Assembly (NCBI GenBank): GCA_020137815.1
Contig: CM035352.1
Span: 2,108,001 to 2,172,000, forward strand
Origin: Hormiphora californensis
Lineage: Eukaryota; Animalia; Ctenophora
Reading direction: 5' to 3'
DNA length: 64,000 bases
Positions 45,029 through 64,000 of this stretch are shown in pieces. Under the pieces are notes generated by a model. The model had not been told where the DNA came from and did no database searches. It saw only the letters and a list, made by a program, of their open reading frames with translations. How positions within the stretch are numbered: position 1 is the first letter of the stretch; each line of letters starts with the position of its first letter. Position numbers and translations under genes: made by a program.

Positions 45029-46470
45029 AATCTCTCCCTTTCTCCATTCTCTCTGAGCTCGTCTCATCTATGATTTCACTTGAATAAACAAACCGCCCTG
45101 TCGATAGTCTGTGTGTCAAAGATTCAGGAATGTGAGACCGAGTAAAGGGGGGTTGTAAATGTAAAGGGGCCCATGAGGGAAAGGGGACGAAAAAAGAAAA
45201 TATATTATATCCCACAGTCCCATTCACAAACTATCTCCGAACAAATGACTTTTTGGAGGTCAGCCAAATGGAGATGAAATATCTTATGTGGGGATGATAA
45301 TGAGACATGTTCTTTAGTCTCCAACATCTGTGAGGCTAGTACAACATAAAATATGGATCCATGCTTACAGCATCCTAAGTCCGTACCCTTCACCTTCAAA
45401 TCATCATCCCACCCCCTTCTAACCCATATCCACTTCTAACCCCTATCCGCTTCTAACCCCCCCTTTTAACCCCCTCCTAACCCCCTTCTCCTAACCCCAA
45501 CTAATCTTCCAAGGTGTACCACTTGATATCAGTACTGTCTGTCATAACAACTCTCCTCCACCGAATGATAGTACCCGATGAGGCAAGGAGAGTTATCATT
45601 CTCCACCTTCTTACCTTCATGAATACCTGGATCTCCAACACGGTTAGTAATCAGGAAATACTGGTCCCTGATTGGCTGATAACCAGTCACGTGACCTAAA
45701 TAACGAGTTCTGATTGGTTGTTTACTTGTGTCGGTCGGTTCCTAGTTTTAAGACTTGTTGCTGTAACTATTATTTTACAAAATTTGCTGTTTGCTGTGAA
45801 AATGGGTCGAAGCAAGTTTGATCACATTTTTGTCAAATGTGTAAGGGACATGTCATTCTCTTGTTGCACGCGTCTCTCACAGTTTGGAGAAGGAAACCGG
45901 TTCATTTTATAACGTTTTCACTTTTTGAATTCAATTCTTTTCATGTATGTTCACTATTATTCACCGTATTGCATTCCCACGCAGGTGATGACAGACAAGA
46001 AATTGTGCAGAAGTATCTGGGGGTTGCGATTACAGCGACGTCTTGATAAGATAAACCAGTGGTGTGGAAGGGCAGGGATAAGCAAACCCATCTCTCAACT
46101 GATGTTGGAGCTCGTACAGGTACATTTTACTTTCACTTTCACTTTCACTTTTACTTTTACTTTTACTTTTACTTTCACTTTCACTTTCACCGTAATTTAC
46201 TTCTTCTCTTTCTGCAGATCTGCAGTTATACCTCTCTCGTCTCTAGCCTCGTAGTGAGACTGTGGTTGCCATGGTAACTAATCCAAGAGAGAGCTCTGGG
46301 GGAGAAAAATTGAGAGAGAAAGAGAGAGAGAAATAAGAGTTATACTATTCCCTTTCTCGCCCTTTATTCGGTTAAACTTGGCTCCTTTACAAATCTGGCT
46401 TCTATCACCTCTCCTTTGCATAGGGACCAGCACTCAAGTTATTGTTCATTTGTAATGGCCAACAAAGGGA

Positions 46471-46525
<55 letters not shown>

Positions 46526-49500
46526 CATGAGTATGAATGTGGAAGTGGCTCTAAACTGACATTAACAGAGGCGAGACACAACACACACAAACAAACAGCC
46601 CTGTTTCCACTATTGTTTCCACTATGATAATGGGTGTGTAACGTGTTTGTTTAGGTGACTACATGTTTAGTTACATGTAGTAGGACATACTACCTGGTGC
46701 TGCAATTTAGCTGCATGTAGTAGGTGTGCTGTTAGGTGTTAGTAAGAAGTTACCATTCCCTCGCCAATAGCACCCTACAAAAGAGGGGTTATTTCGTAAC
46801 CAACGAGATGGCTGTGGGGGTTGGAGGATTACCAATTCATCTCTTACTGATCATTTGGCGTCGGTAGGTCGTACTAGGGTGTTTCTTCTGGAGAGAGGTG
46901 TTGTTTTGACTTGGTGTCTCTTTAACCGTCTCAGACAGAGCAATTATACTAGTTTTGACTAGCACACTGTATGGGATAGTGAGAGTGTCAGTTGCAGTAT
47001 CATTAAAAATGAAACCAGAGTTTTAAAATTTCCCGTAGTGGTGGTACTGTTGGTATGCAGTGTAGCATATTTCTTCTCTTCTTCCTCTCTATCTCTCTCT
47101 TTCTCTCTCTTTCCTTCTCTCTCTCTCCTTCCTAGTAAAAAGAGACTGCGGGGTCATCATACCTAGCTCACACACGGTTTATAAGTGTGTAAGGGAAGCT
47201 CTGTGTGTGTGTGGGAGGGATCAGGGACCGATAGAGAACTGTACTTTTTAGTTGACGTGATCATCCCTGAATAAAAAAGTAGTGAACCCATATTGACCAA
47301 TATTGTTATTGTTCCAACGGGGCGCGAAACAGAGTCTAGCTAGACAAGACCAATATATCAAACTGCCCCAGTGCCCCACTCCAACATCCCTATTCCCCCA
47401 ACATGTCAGTAACCCAGTTTCTAGATCGACCAATATCACACTTCCCCCTATTCCCCGAATAACTATCCTACCTTTCTTTTCAGATTACTGATCTATTGAG
47501 GGCTCCAAAAGAAGACATAGACCAGCTACCCGACCTGCTACAGACCTGCACTGAGTTGAATTCCATGCAAGTGGGTACTATCCTGAGGAACTATAAATCT
47601 GCTTCTGATGAACCACCCGTAACGAGAGGTATTGAGAGAATTGAGTCCAGTTAACCTTTTCAAAATGTCTTATACACAATTTGTTGTGAGAGAGGGTCAA
47701 TCAAGGCAATTAACCGATTTATCTATCTCTCCAGAATTCATTGAAGCTGCAGTATCCATCACGGACTCCTTGGTGGATGTGAGGCTGCGAGCGGAGGGGG
47801 AGCCTATACAGCTATTGTTAGATGACCCTTTTATCCGTTATCCTATCCACAAACTGACAGCGTGCAATCACGAAACTGGGTTATCACATGATCTGGAGAC
47901 ATTCTTTAATGCTGTCTGTGAATGCGGTAAGAACTCTCCCAAGTAAACTCCTCTCTTCTCCACCGTCCTCCTCCTACTCTCTCTCTCTCTCACTCTTCTC
48001 TCTATCTCGTTTACTATCTTCCTCTCCCTCTTCCTTCTTTTTACTTCTCTTTCTCTCCGCGTCTCTCTCTCGTCTTTCTCCTTTTTCTCTCTTCTCCTTT
48101 TCTCTCTCTCCCTCTCTCTCGTCTCCTCTCTCTTCCACACTCTTCTTTCGCTCTCTCTTCGCCGTGTCTTTCTCATGTCTCTCTCTCACTCATCGCTCTC
48201 TCTTCTCTTCTCTCTCTCTCTCTCTCTCTCTCCTCTCTTCTCTCTCTCTCTCTCTCTCCTGTTATAGTACTGTCTAGACGTTAACATCCGGCATCTCTCC
48301 CTACAGAACCGGCTCTACAACTCACAGTTAATCCAGATGCTCTGTTCTGGTGCTACGCACAAGGTTTGTACCTCTACAATCTGCTGCTGCAGTGCAGTGT
48401 GGGGGCGGCATTTGATGGAGCGCGCCGCGACACGCGCATTACAAAAAGTAGGCAGTGGCCAGCGCGCAATAGAACACAGCACCCGTTCAAACAGACCCCT
48501 GGATCAACGCCAGAATTCCCCACTGAATTGGTCTGAAAACCCCGTCACGTCACAATGACAGATCTGGTCCTTTGTCACTCCCTGGCCCTCCTTTGTCACT
48601 CACTCCCTCCTCTCCTTCAGGTCAAATAGAGGAGGAACAGGGTGCAGTTGGTAAAACTGACAGTCAGAATATAATTGAACAGTGTGAGGTGGTGACCTAT
48701 GAAATTCCCAAACGGACCAAGAGCCTGGGAGTCAGTATTGTTGGAGGAAAGGATTCCAGCAATTCACATCTTGGAATATTTGTTAAGAACGTGTTCAAGG
48801 ATGGACCTGCGTACATGGTGAGTTGATAGAATATACCCAACTTGAATGATCAATAGTTTGCTGGTCCTACTATTGGTAATGAAATTACCCTTCCGCGTTA
48901 ATATGGCTCACAGAGGTATGCAATAAAAGGGGTGACTTCGTAACCAAGTCCTACTAGCAGTGTCCAGCGTGAACTGTTCTGACTGTCTCTGTGCCACCTA
49001 ATTAAAAAGAGTATCAATAATACAAGTGTGAACCAGTAGGTACCACCACCATCATTTTATTGGCCCCCATATCACATCCCCCCTCTATTCAGGACGGAAG
49101 ATTGAAACCTGGCGATCAAATTCTCGTAGTGGGTGGAATATCAACCTCTGACATAACTCAAGAACAGGCCGCTAAATTAATTGACAGCGACTCAGATTAC
49201 GTCCGGATTACTGTTGCCAAAATGGCGGCAGCATATTATGGGATCTTCAGCGAGGAAGGTACGATATTATATCTTGTGCAATACCCCTTGACACCTAATA
49301 AGGCTCGTGTGTGGGTACCTTGACAGCTACTATCATGTTGACAACCAACTCATTTGAGAGGGATGGGGGCGATAGGTTCTGTCTCGCCTTGTGTACAAAA
49401 TCTTACTTAGTTTACTGATTAACCCTTTGGAGACGATTGGGTCACAGGTGACCCACAACTTTGAACCCATATAGCGTCTTTCTAGACCATATTTGAAAGT

Positions 49501-50610
49501 TTTAAATCGTTTCCAGGGTTCCAGGCTAAAACAGGAATTTGCATTTTACGAGCATTTCTAAAGGAATGGCCCCCGATAAAAGTCTAAAACGGCATTTTTT
49601 AAACAGGTGCTAGCGACTAACCGACTCCATCATAGTTATCTCAACATCTTAGGGAGTCGATGAAAAATTTTTTGAGATCCGTGCTCCTTCAGAAAATTTT
49701 TCATCTCGGCCAATTTTGAAATTCTAAAATCGGCTACAGATAAGATAGAGAAGCTCATAGGGTGTGCAAACTGTGCAGAATGGCCGGGTTTATATAAGTG
49801 TTATGAACAAACATAGGGTCTAAAATGAGCGGTTTTCGAGTTATCGGGCAAAATAGCGGCAAAATCTCAATTCCTATTTTAGCGTTAGGGGACGATTGGG
49901 TCACAGGTGACCCAATAGAAATACAGGTGGTAGAACCAAAATTCCTTTTCCTGCGTTCAAGTAGGTTCAAAGTGAGTGTCTCCAGAAAGTTTTAGAGAAT
50001 TCTGTCGACAGGGGGCTTATCGTCCCCAAAGGGTTAAAACACTTCGAACGACTTTCCATGTCATTAATTACATGACTAATTACACGACTAATTACACGAC
50101 TAATTACATGACTAATTACAGACGGCACAACGACGACTTCAGAACTATCTGACATACCCGTATAAGATGAACAACGTTGATGTGAGTGAGTGTGACACAG
50201 CATGCCTTGTTGATAATTGTGTCCCTAAATACAACAATCTCTAAATGTTACCCCCTATAAAAGATTGTCGATTGTCGCTTGGATGGGATGGGGTAGATCT
50301 TGGACCAAGGGCCTTGGTGGCCGATGTGTCCCCGTCTGTCATATATATATATCGATGTTGCAACTCAAAAAACAGTGTCCCCCGTATAATAAATATTGCC
50401 CAATTATAGTTGTAATGTTCTAACACCCCCCACCCTATTCCAGGTGCGTCCCGTACATCTTCGCAACAAAGCAGCCCCAACCTACCCTCCCCTGAAACAC
50501 CAGGTGAAGAGGTCGTGTTTGGAATTGAAGGGGGAACACCTGTCGTCTCCTTTGAACCAGAACCGCAGAAGAATCTGCCACTAAACTTTAGAATTTCAGA
50601 TGAGGTTTAG
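32537..50610 (+). CDS. AFDN: Afadin/AF-6/canoe-like scaffold (RA1-RA2-FHA-low-complexity insert-DIL-PDZ)
   Basis: RA1 IKEWNSERKEIFHLS..EYFGVVQVFYQ..KCVRISS..SLFEVH..PLQIQLSW..DGRFVLK. RA2 GGPLRVHADSINDKQPYKTLLVS. FHA PYLLEIG..HCVI..TFVNG..VISIGRNYKFQF. DIL LQRRLDKINQW / LNSMQVGTILRNYK. PDZ SLGVSIVGGK..GIFVKNVFKDGPA-DGRLKPGDQILVV..QEQAAKLI..VAKMAAAYYGI. Probable last exon 50444-50610. A one-base frameshift lies in the C-run near 39465. Confidence 0.9.
35292..36923 (-). CDS. Cytochrome P450 (two exons), nested antisense in afadin intron 35151-37746; apparent frameshift at ~35574
   Basis: N-terminal membrane anchor plus PTPP hinge, WAIKRK (WxxxR), K-helix EGMR, intron 35793-35681, FNPDRW (PERF-like), heme motif PFWAGSRGCIGKHLA, stop at 35292-35294. 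Confidence 0.9.
37916..38046. mobile_element. ~130-bp MITE with TA flanks (Tc1/mariner/pogo-like)
   Basis: TA|cagttggaccccgatttaccgg ... ccggtaaatcggggtccgacta|TA. Confidence 0.8.
38116..39574 (+). CDS. Large afadin exon encoding Arg/Asp/Pro mixed-charge low-complexity repeats
   Basis: In frame with upstream exon 37747-37871 (phase 2). Repeats YDPRDPRNRP, RDRREDP and RRVSPPRR. After an indel near 39465 it ends EPIYSK|GT, in phase with the exon at 39670. Confidence 0.85.
49423..50033. mobile_element. piggyBac-like non-autonomous element
   Basis: TTAA|ccctttggagacgat ... atcgtccccaaaggg|TTAA, with internal direct repeat gacgattgggtcacaggtgaccca. Confidence 0.85.
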
Positions 50611-50635
50611 ACACTGTTTAGATTATAATATATTG

Positions 50636-50752
50636 CAGGAACCGACCAAATCAGGAAATACTGGTCTCTGATTGGCTGATAACCAGTCACGTGACCTAAA
50701 CAACTAAATAACGAGTTCTGATTGGTTGTTTACTTGTGTCGGTCGGTTCCTG
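50636..50752. mobile_element. hAT-like MITE with intact 8-bp TSD
   Basis: atatattg|caggaaccgacc ... ggtcggttcctg|atatattg. Confidence 0.9.
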
Positions 50753-50895
50753 ATATATTGAGTGCGACAGACCAGCTGATTGCGATAAGAATTATTATTA
50801 GGAACTGAGAATTGGGAAATGAATATCAAGAAGCCCAGTAACACTTTGAGAAGATTTATGTTGTTAAAAGAATGATCATAGTCGTGTTTATATAA

Positions 50896-51519
50896 CTAGT
50901 AAGCCCGCTCGCCCTACGGGCGAATGTCGGGGATGGTCAATGGCCAATGGCCATACAGTAAACTAAGCAAATAGTGTAGTATCATTTGAAATTTTTAAAA
51001 TCAGTAAATTTATCAGGTAAATTAACCACAGCGATTCTTTCGACAGAAAAACCACGGGTCCTCTTTTGCCAGGTCCTGAAGTATTTTATGAAGGAGCACA
51101 TTTGCAATTATTATTACTGCCATTTCTTATTAGTGCCATTGATACTTTGTCATTACGTGTGTTGACAACATTTTTTGAATAATAATCACCTCTTTTGTAG
51201 GATTCTATCACGTAGTCTATAGGCGTCAGCGCCAGTTTGGGACATATGGCTCCTCCAAACTCGCTGGCGATTGTGTTGAAGTTGAGTAGTCATGTTCACG
51301 AAACGTGGTGAACAGGGGGTGAACAGATCGAGCAAACGATCAATTACACAACCGGCAGAGAGATGAATCAAGGATGCACGTGCAGTTTAAGGCTCAAGCT
51401 GGCAGGTTGCCAGGGTCTAGGGACAACACGTGCAAAAGGCCATTTCCAGGAATTTTGTGCCATATTTGGTAAAAATACCATCACCCATCATTTCCCTATT
51501 TGCTTTAATAATAGTATGA
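50896..51519 (-). mobile_element. Non-autonomous Helitron
   Basis: On the minus strand: A|TCatactattattaaagcaaatagg ... hairpin gcccgtagggcgagcgggc then ttaCTAG|T. The same 5' terminus occurs at ~41260-41285. Confidence 0.8.
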
Positions 51520-52787
51520 TTACATTAATTACAGTAATGATATTGCATCTGAAGTTGGTTACGCAATCACCCCTTACTACCGCAATGCCCTACTGTAGAG
51601 GGGTAATTTCGTTATCAACATCGGAAGTTGAGAAATACACCGGGAAGACTTTGATTTTTGCTGTTTCAGACCCCTTGATATCACTAAAACAGTAAATTTA
51701 ATAGAACCTCATTGTTGAGACCTTCAGAGCTGTTATATATCCTGAGTTATCTATGAAATATAATGGTAGACACTATATTATACAAACATTATTACCAAAT
51801 ATTCAAAGAATCTCTTCCTGTTATAATGTTCCGTGAGAGTTTTCAGAGAGAGAATTGAGAGATCAGATTTGAGTGACAACTGCAATACAGAAAGTTGAGT
51901 TTCAGAATATTATTACAATACAGAAGTGTAGTAATACAAAGTTATAGAGAGCAGAAAGTTTATCCGTATAGTAGCTTTTGTTAGATTTTTTAACAATTTA
52001 AACTTTTTATCAATGAAAATAACGTGTTTCAAGCATTCCTTTGATAGTGATACACTCCTGGCGGCGCCGGACCCCGCTCAGATGGGGTCTGCGGCGCCAG
52101 ACAGTTGATACATAGATTACAGCTTCAACACGTTCCCACTTTGGCTCCATTGCAATCTGCGCAACCTCGAACTCACTCACTGGGACAGTATCTCAATATG
52201 TCTGACGCCTGGCCGGCGGCGCCATACCCCATTTGACAGTGCGCTCAGATTGGGTCGGCAGCGCCAGGCCATGGCCGGCCAGACAGTCTGACGCCCCTTT
52301 TTGACAGATATGGTCCGCACCCCCAGCTCCCTCGTGGCGTAACTGTCAGAGAATTGCAATCTGTCAGGCCAATGCTCTGACCACAGTTCTGATCACGCGC
52401 TCCGAAAACGAGAATGGGCCAGGCCAATGCTCTGACAGATTGCAATTGGCCTGGCCCTATTCTCATTGGCCCAACGGGTGGCCAATATGACGGAGGACCA
52501 CTGTGACCACTGACCGCGGTTCTCACTGCGTTTGAAGGAAATGGGAATAGGGTCCTGACTCCTGGCCCCTGCGAGGGTTGGATCCATTGCAACTTCTCGC
52601 TTTGCCTGCGAAGCAGGCAAGCCCCGTATGTGAGGGGATCGCCCTACGGGCGCGCGAACATGGGGGGCGCGACGTGCCCAACTTCTCGCTCCGTATGTGA
52701 GACTGAGATCGATATTGGTCGCTGCGCGACTTTGATCTCACTCAGGTGTCAATGTCACCAACTGCTGGGGCAGGACAATACAGATGC

Positions 52788-52980
52788 TCGACGGGTAAGT
52801 GGTAAATGTTGCCTCGATTTGGACACAATTTTTACAGTTTTGGTCATAACTCATCCATTTCTTGGCTAAATTGCAGAATCTTGGGCTCGTTGGAAAGAAC
52901 TCGATGCCCTCAATGAGTTATGACCAAAACTGTAAAAATTGTGTCCAAATCAAGGCAACATTTACCGCTTACCTGCTCGA
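52788..52980. repeat. Inverted repeat, ~65-bp arms
   Basis: ggtaaatgttgcctcgatttggacacaatttttacagttttggtcataactcat ... atgagttatgaccaaaactgtaaaaattgtgtccaaatcaaggcaacatttacc. Confidence 0.85.
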
Positions 52981-54588
52981 CGTGCCCACGTCATGTTTCA
53001 CACTTCACAGTGTGACACATGTGTGTTAACTGTTACTCGCACAATGCACATTATGTCACCAACCTCAGGTTTGCGGTAAATGTCAATTGTCAGGGCGTTC
53101 TGGTACAGAACTCACATGCACGTGAAATTTACAGGTACCTATTACCCAATCAATACCAAGCTCTTGCACTCTCTCTCTTGCACTCTCTCTCTTGCACTCT
53201 CTCTCATGGGATTGGGAACTCGAGAATTAGGCCGATACTATTGGCGATAGGCCGGATCCTATCACTGGTTTATATTCCGTCTTATGTAGTGTTAGGGTTC
53301 GATGTTAGGGCTGTATTAGACCCTAATTTCGGGTTGGGTTGTGTTTTTATCAAAATCCATATACCAGAACGCCCTAACTGTTTATTTGGCTCCATTGCAA
53401 CCTATTCTCGCTCTGCGAAGAATATATGTGAATATATGTGAATATATAATGTGAGAATGTATGTGAGATCGATCTCGGTCCGGTCGCTGTGCGACCTCGA
53501 TCTCACTCAGGCATCAATGTGGCCAAACTGTTTATATTACCGCTTACCCCGACCTCACAGCCACACAAAGCACAGGTCACCAAGTGCCTATAATGGCCTA
53601 TTGAAAAATTAAAAACACACTTTTTAAGAAAATTGTGGCACACAAAATATAACAATATACATTGTTCATTTTTATATCAATGACTCATTTGTTATTTGAC
53701 TATTTGAAAGAATATGTAGGTTTGCAACAAACACTTACGCACAAGGCATTTTGGAAAAATAAATCATCTTCTCGCTCCCACGGTCAATGTCACTCGACTA
53801 AAGTACGTTGAATTCAAATTCGTTAAATTAAAAAAGAGAATGGTATTGTCAATAGAAGAACAATGTTCACATTGTCAGCTTCAATCTTTGAATTTGATGA
53901 TATGTTGGGAAAAGGACCGAAAGGGGACAGCTAATAGTAAACTCCCTAGCTAGTTCGTATAAAATTAAACGCTTTAAATATCCATATCAAATGCTCAGAG
54001 CATTGTCCTGACCCCATTCTCATTTCTCTCAAGAACTGTGGTCAGAGCATTGGCCTGCCAGCAAATGCTAGTTTTAAATGAATGATATTGTTTACATTAA
54101 GATTTTAGTCTTTTCTCAGAGTGACAGAGTAACACTCTGACCCTATCTAAAGTGCGGTTTATCTTAGAAAAGAATCTTTAGCGCCGCCGACCTAACCCAA
54201 TAACTATAAAATCCAACTTTACTTCAACAGTCACCACTCAACTTTACTCTTTCAAGTATTCAGTTTCTAAATCTATAACTCCAGATTCCCCACTGTGTCT
54301 CTCTCAGGATTCACATCACATAGATTACATAGAGATATATATTCCATATTGCAGCGAGTACACACGAACATTAGCTGGTTGCTTCTCCACCACCAGCAAT
54401 ACTCTCACCTTCAACATTCTTGAAGGTTGCCCTGAAATGGATTGGGTTAAAATCATTTGCCGATAAATATCAAGGGAGTGATAGTGTCATGTATCATGAA
54501 AATGAAAATTGTATTTCACCGAATGTTTCACTGACATAGAAACACCATTGTACTATACTTCCACTTCTAAAGTCAGATCAAAACCCAC

Positions 54589-61430
<6,842 letters not shown>

Positions 61431-62151
61431 GTGTGTAAAAAGTGGGTATTATCAGTTGGGACTGGGAGTTGGTTGGGTTGTAGAATTTTTAATGAATAAT
61501 AATGTAAAGGAAGAGTGGTTTTGGGGGGGGGGGGGGGTATGACGTGTATATATAATGTTGGTGGCATAGTTCTAGAATCCATACTGGTTAAAAGCTGGAG
61601 TGACAGGGAAGGGTTGAGAAAACAACTGTTTACCTAATAAGGCGCTAAGGTCTGAAGGTCATACTTATTTGAGGGTCAGTGGCCACTAGGGGACACAGTA
61701 TCGACTTATTTGTTATTGCATGAGGCATACATTACACATAGTTATTACACATGTGACACTAGTCGCATAACATATTATGTGCATAGTGCATACGGTTCCT
61801 GCATTTTCAAATCGGTCCCTAATTAATGTAGTAAGTATATGGTTTTGTTTATACAATAAATAAACCCCGGGTGGGTATAAAAAGTGGAGAGGAATAAGAG
61901 CTTAGAGTGAGAGAGTTGCACCTGGCGTTAGAAATAATAGAAAATTTGATACTTGCCCAGTTCCGTATCACATTTCTATTGCTTATACCAGCTACAGCTT
62001 CAGTTTTCCGTGCTGAACCGGGTCTTTTGCTGTTGTAGGGGCCAGGGGAGTTGCTTTCTTTTCTGCTAATTAATTGATTATTTTAATTCCCCTCGGCTCC
62101 CATGAGTCAAAGATTCTTCGGCTCACTGTTTGCTCTCGGTACATGTATGTT

Positions 62152-62280
<129 letters not shown>

Positions 62281-63172
62281 ATCCTTCTATATCTCTCTCC
62301 TTCAGACTACTTCGTGCAGCGGCCGGCTCTGCAATAGAAACACACCTGCTAATTGGTAACAACTATGACACCGCGTGACATATAGCAAACCTCGTGCCGG
62401 CCATCTAGTTAGAAACAACCTTACAGGCTTTCTTACTTTTATCTGTATTGTATTCTGTATTTTTCTTGCTCTATGTAATTGTGAGGTCTATGCGGGATAT
62501 GAGTTCCTATATATATTCTAATTATTACAGCACTGTTATCCTAGGCAACCCTGAGCTCCCTTCCTTTCATTATTCGTTCTTTCTTGTTCAGTCAGGTGTT
62601 CGGGGGCCTGGGATCGCATGGCTGAACAAGATATAATATATCTTTAGTAAAATGTAACATATATGTTTCTTTTCACAGCTAAACTTTTGGTCTAAGTGAA
62701 CAATGAAGTTCATTATGAACATTGAACAACAACAATGAACAATATATATCATCATTGTGTGAGCTGTGTGTGTACAGATTGTACTAGGGACTTGAGGAAT
62801 AGAGGAGAAACAGAGATAGAGGAAAGATGGGGAGGGAGAGAGAGAGGGGGAAACTGAGAGAAAATAAAGAGAGTGTGAGAGATAGAAAGATGAAAAGAGA
62901 TGGATATGACATTGAGAGACTTATTGTATCTGTGAGACAGGCGTTGTCGGTATGAAATCATGATCTCTTTGTCTGAATTTTGCTGAGATGTATATTGTTG
63001 TCAGTTGCTACTTAGAGAGGAGACCACAATCTTTTACCCTCTTCCTGTTTGTTGTTAGACTTCTATACTTCTTTAATTTGCGAAAATATTGCATAATATT
63101 GTATAGTGTTTGGGCATGTTTTCTCTCTCGACCTCTCTAGATCTTCTCCCTCTCCATCTCTTTCTATCTATA

Positions 63173-63217
<45 letters not shown>

Positions 63218-64000
63218 TCTCCCTCTACCACTTCCCCTCGGCTACCGTGATATGCTGTCGGAAAATTTCCAGCTTTATCACGTGATATGATGGTACCACA
63301 TTATATTTTTGTGCCAGTCCAATTGATTTGGTCGTTTCCATGTAATGGAGATAAACCCATTATATCTGAAGAAATATGTTTTACTGTATCTACTTCCGGG
63401 AATTGACACGCGTGGTAACTATGGAAACATACGTGGTAACCATGGTATTAGAAACACGTTTTATGTGGTGAAATTATGAACCGGAAATAATATGACCATT
63501 TTCGAGGGTGTGGCTTTCGCTTTTCTCGGAAATTCGGTAGTTGTTCTAATTTGGTATAAAAACATGGCGTCATTTCGTCATTTCCTAACAAATTGGGCCC
63601 TTCCGGCTCCGCTACGTATCCATCACATAAATGTGTAGTGTGTGGTTTAGTCTATCTCTCTTCCCCCCCCCCTCTCTCTCTCTCTCTCTCTATAACAAAG
63701 GGGTACCTATTGTAATTGCTACTGCGTATAATAACGTCCGGGGGACGCGCCAGTAATTCCCTTCCTCTCTCTGGTACATTATTAGTAGTCCCCTACTGTG
63801 GTTCCGGCATTAACCTCCTACACGGCAAGTTGCCTTTTCACTTCTCTCGAACTTATTTGTTGACATGGATCGTATAGTGACTATTAGATAGTAGTAGACA
63901 CAGTAGAGGGCAAAATTGACATATTTTAGCTGGCTTTCACTGCTTTTTACTCCCTGGAAAGTATTTCTTGACATGGTAGTGACTAGTGATGTAGGTAACA

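Overview
Intron-rich eukaryotic (animal) genomic DNA with GT-AG introns, AG microsatellites and several low-quality or gap-like stretches. The repeat families are reminiscent of a ctenophore, but that is recollection and cannot be verified here. Genes reconstructed by hand: (1) a ~40-exon, + strand single-pass Ig-like repeat receptor (1988-21908) whose cytoplasmic tail carries a Sin3-type PAH / harmonin-homology helical domain followed by a basic NLS-like motif; (2) a lamin-type intermediate filament gene on - with no visible tail Ig domain or CaaX; (3) a REEP5/YOP1 gene on -; (4) an afadin/canoe-like gene on + (RA-RA-FHA-DIL-PDZ) with a very long Arg/Asp/Pro mixed-charge insert and a short post-PDZ tail; (5) an atypical cytochrome P450 nested antisense in an afadin intron; (6) an ERM-family gene on -. 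Introns hold many non-autonomous DNA transposons (Tc1/mariner-, hAT-, piggyBac- and Helitron-like), minisatellites and perfect palindromes. The most notable observation is the Ig receptor with an intracellular PAH-like domain.
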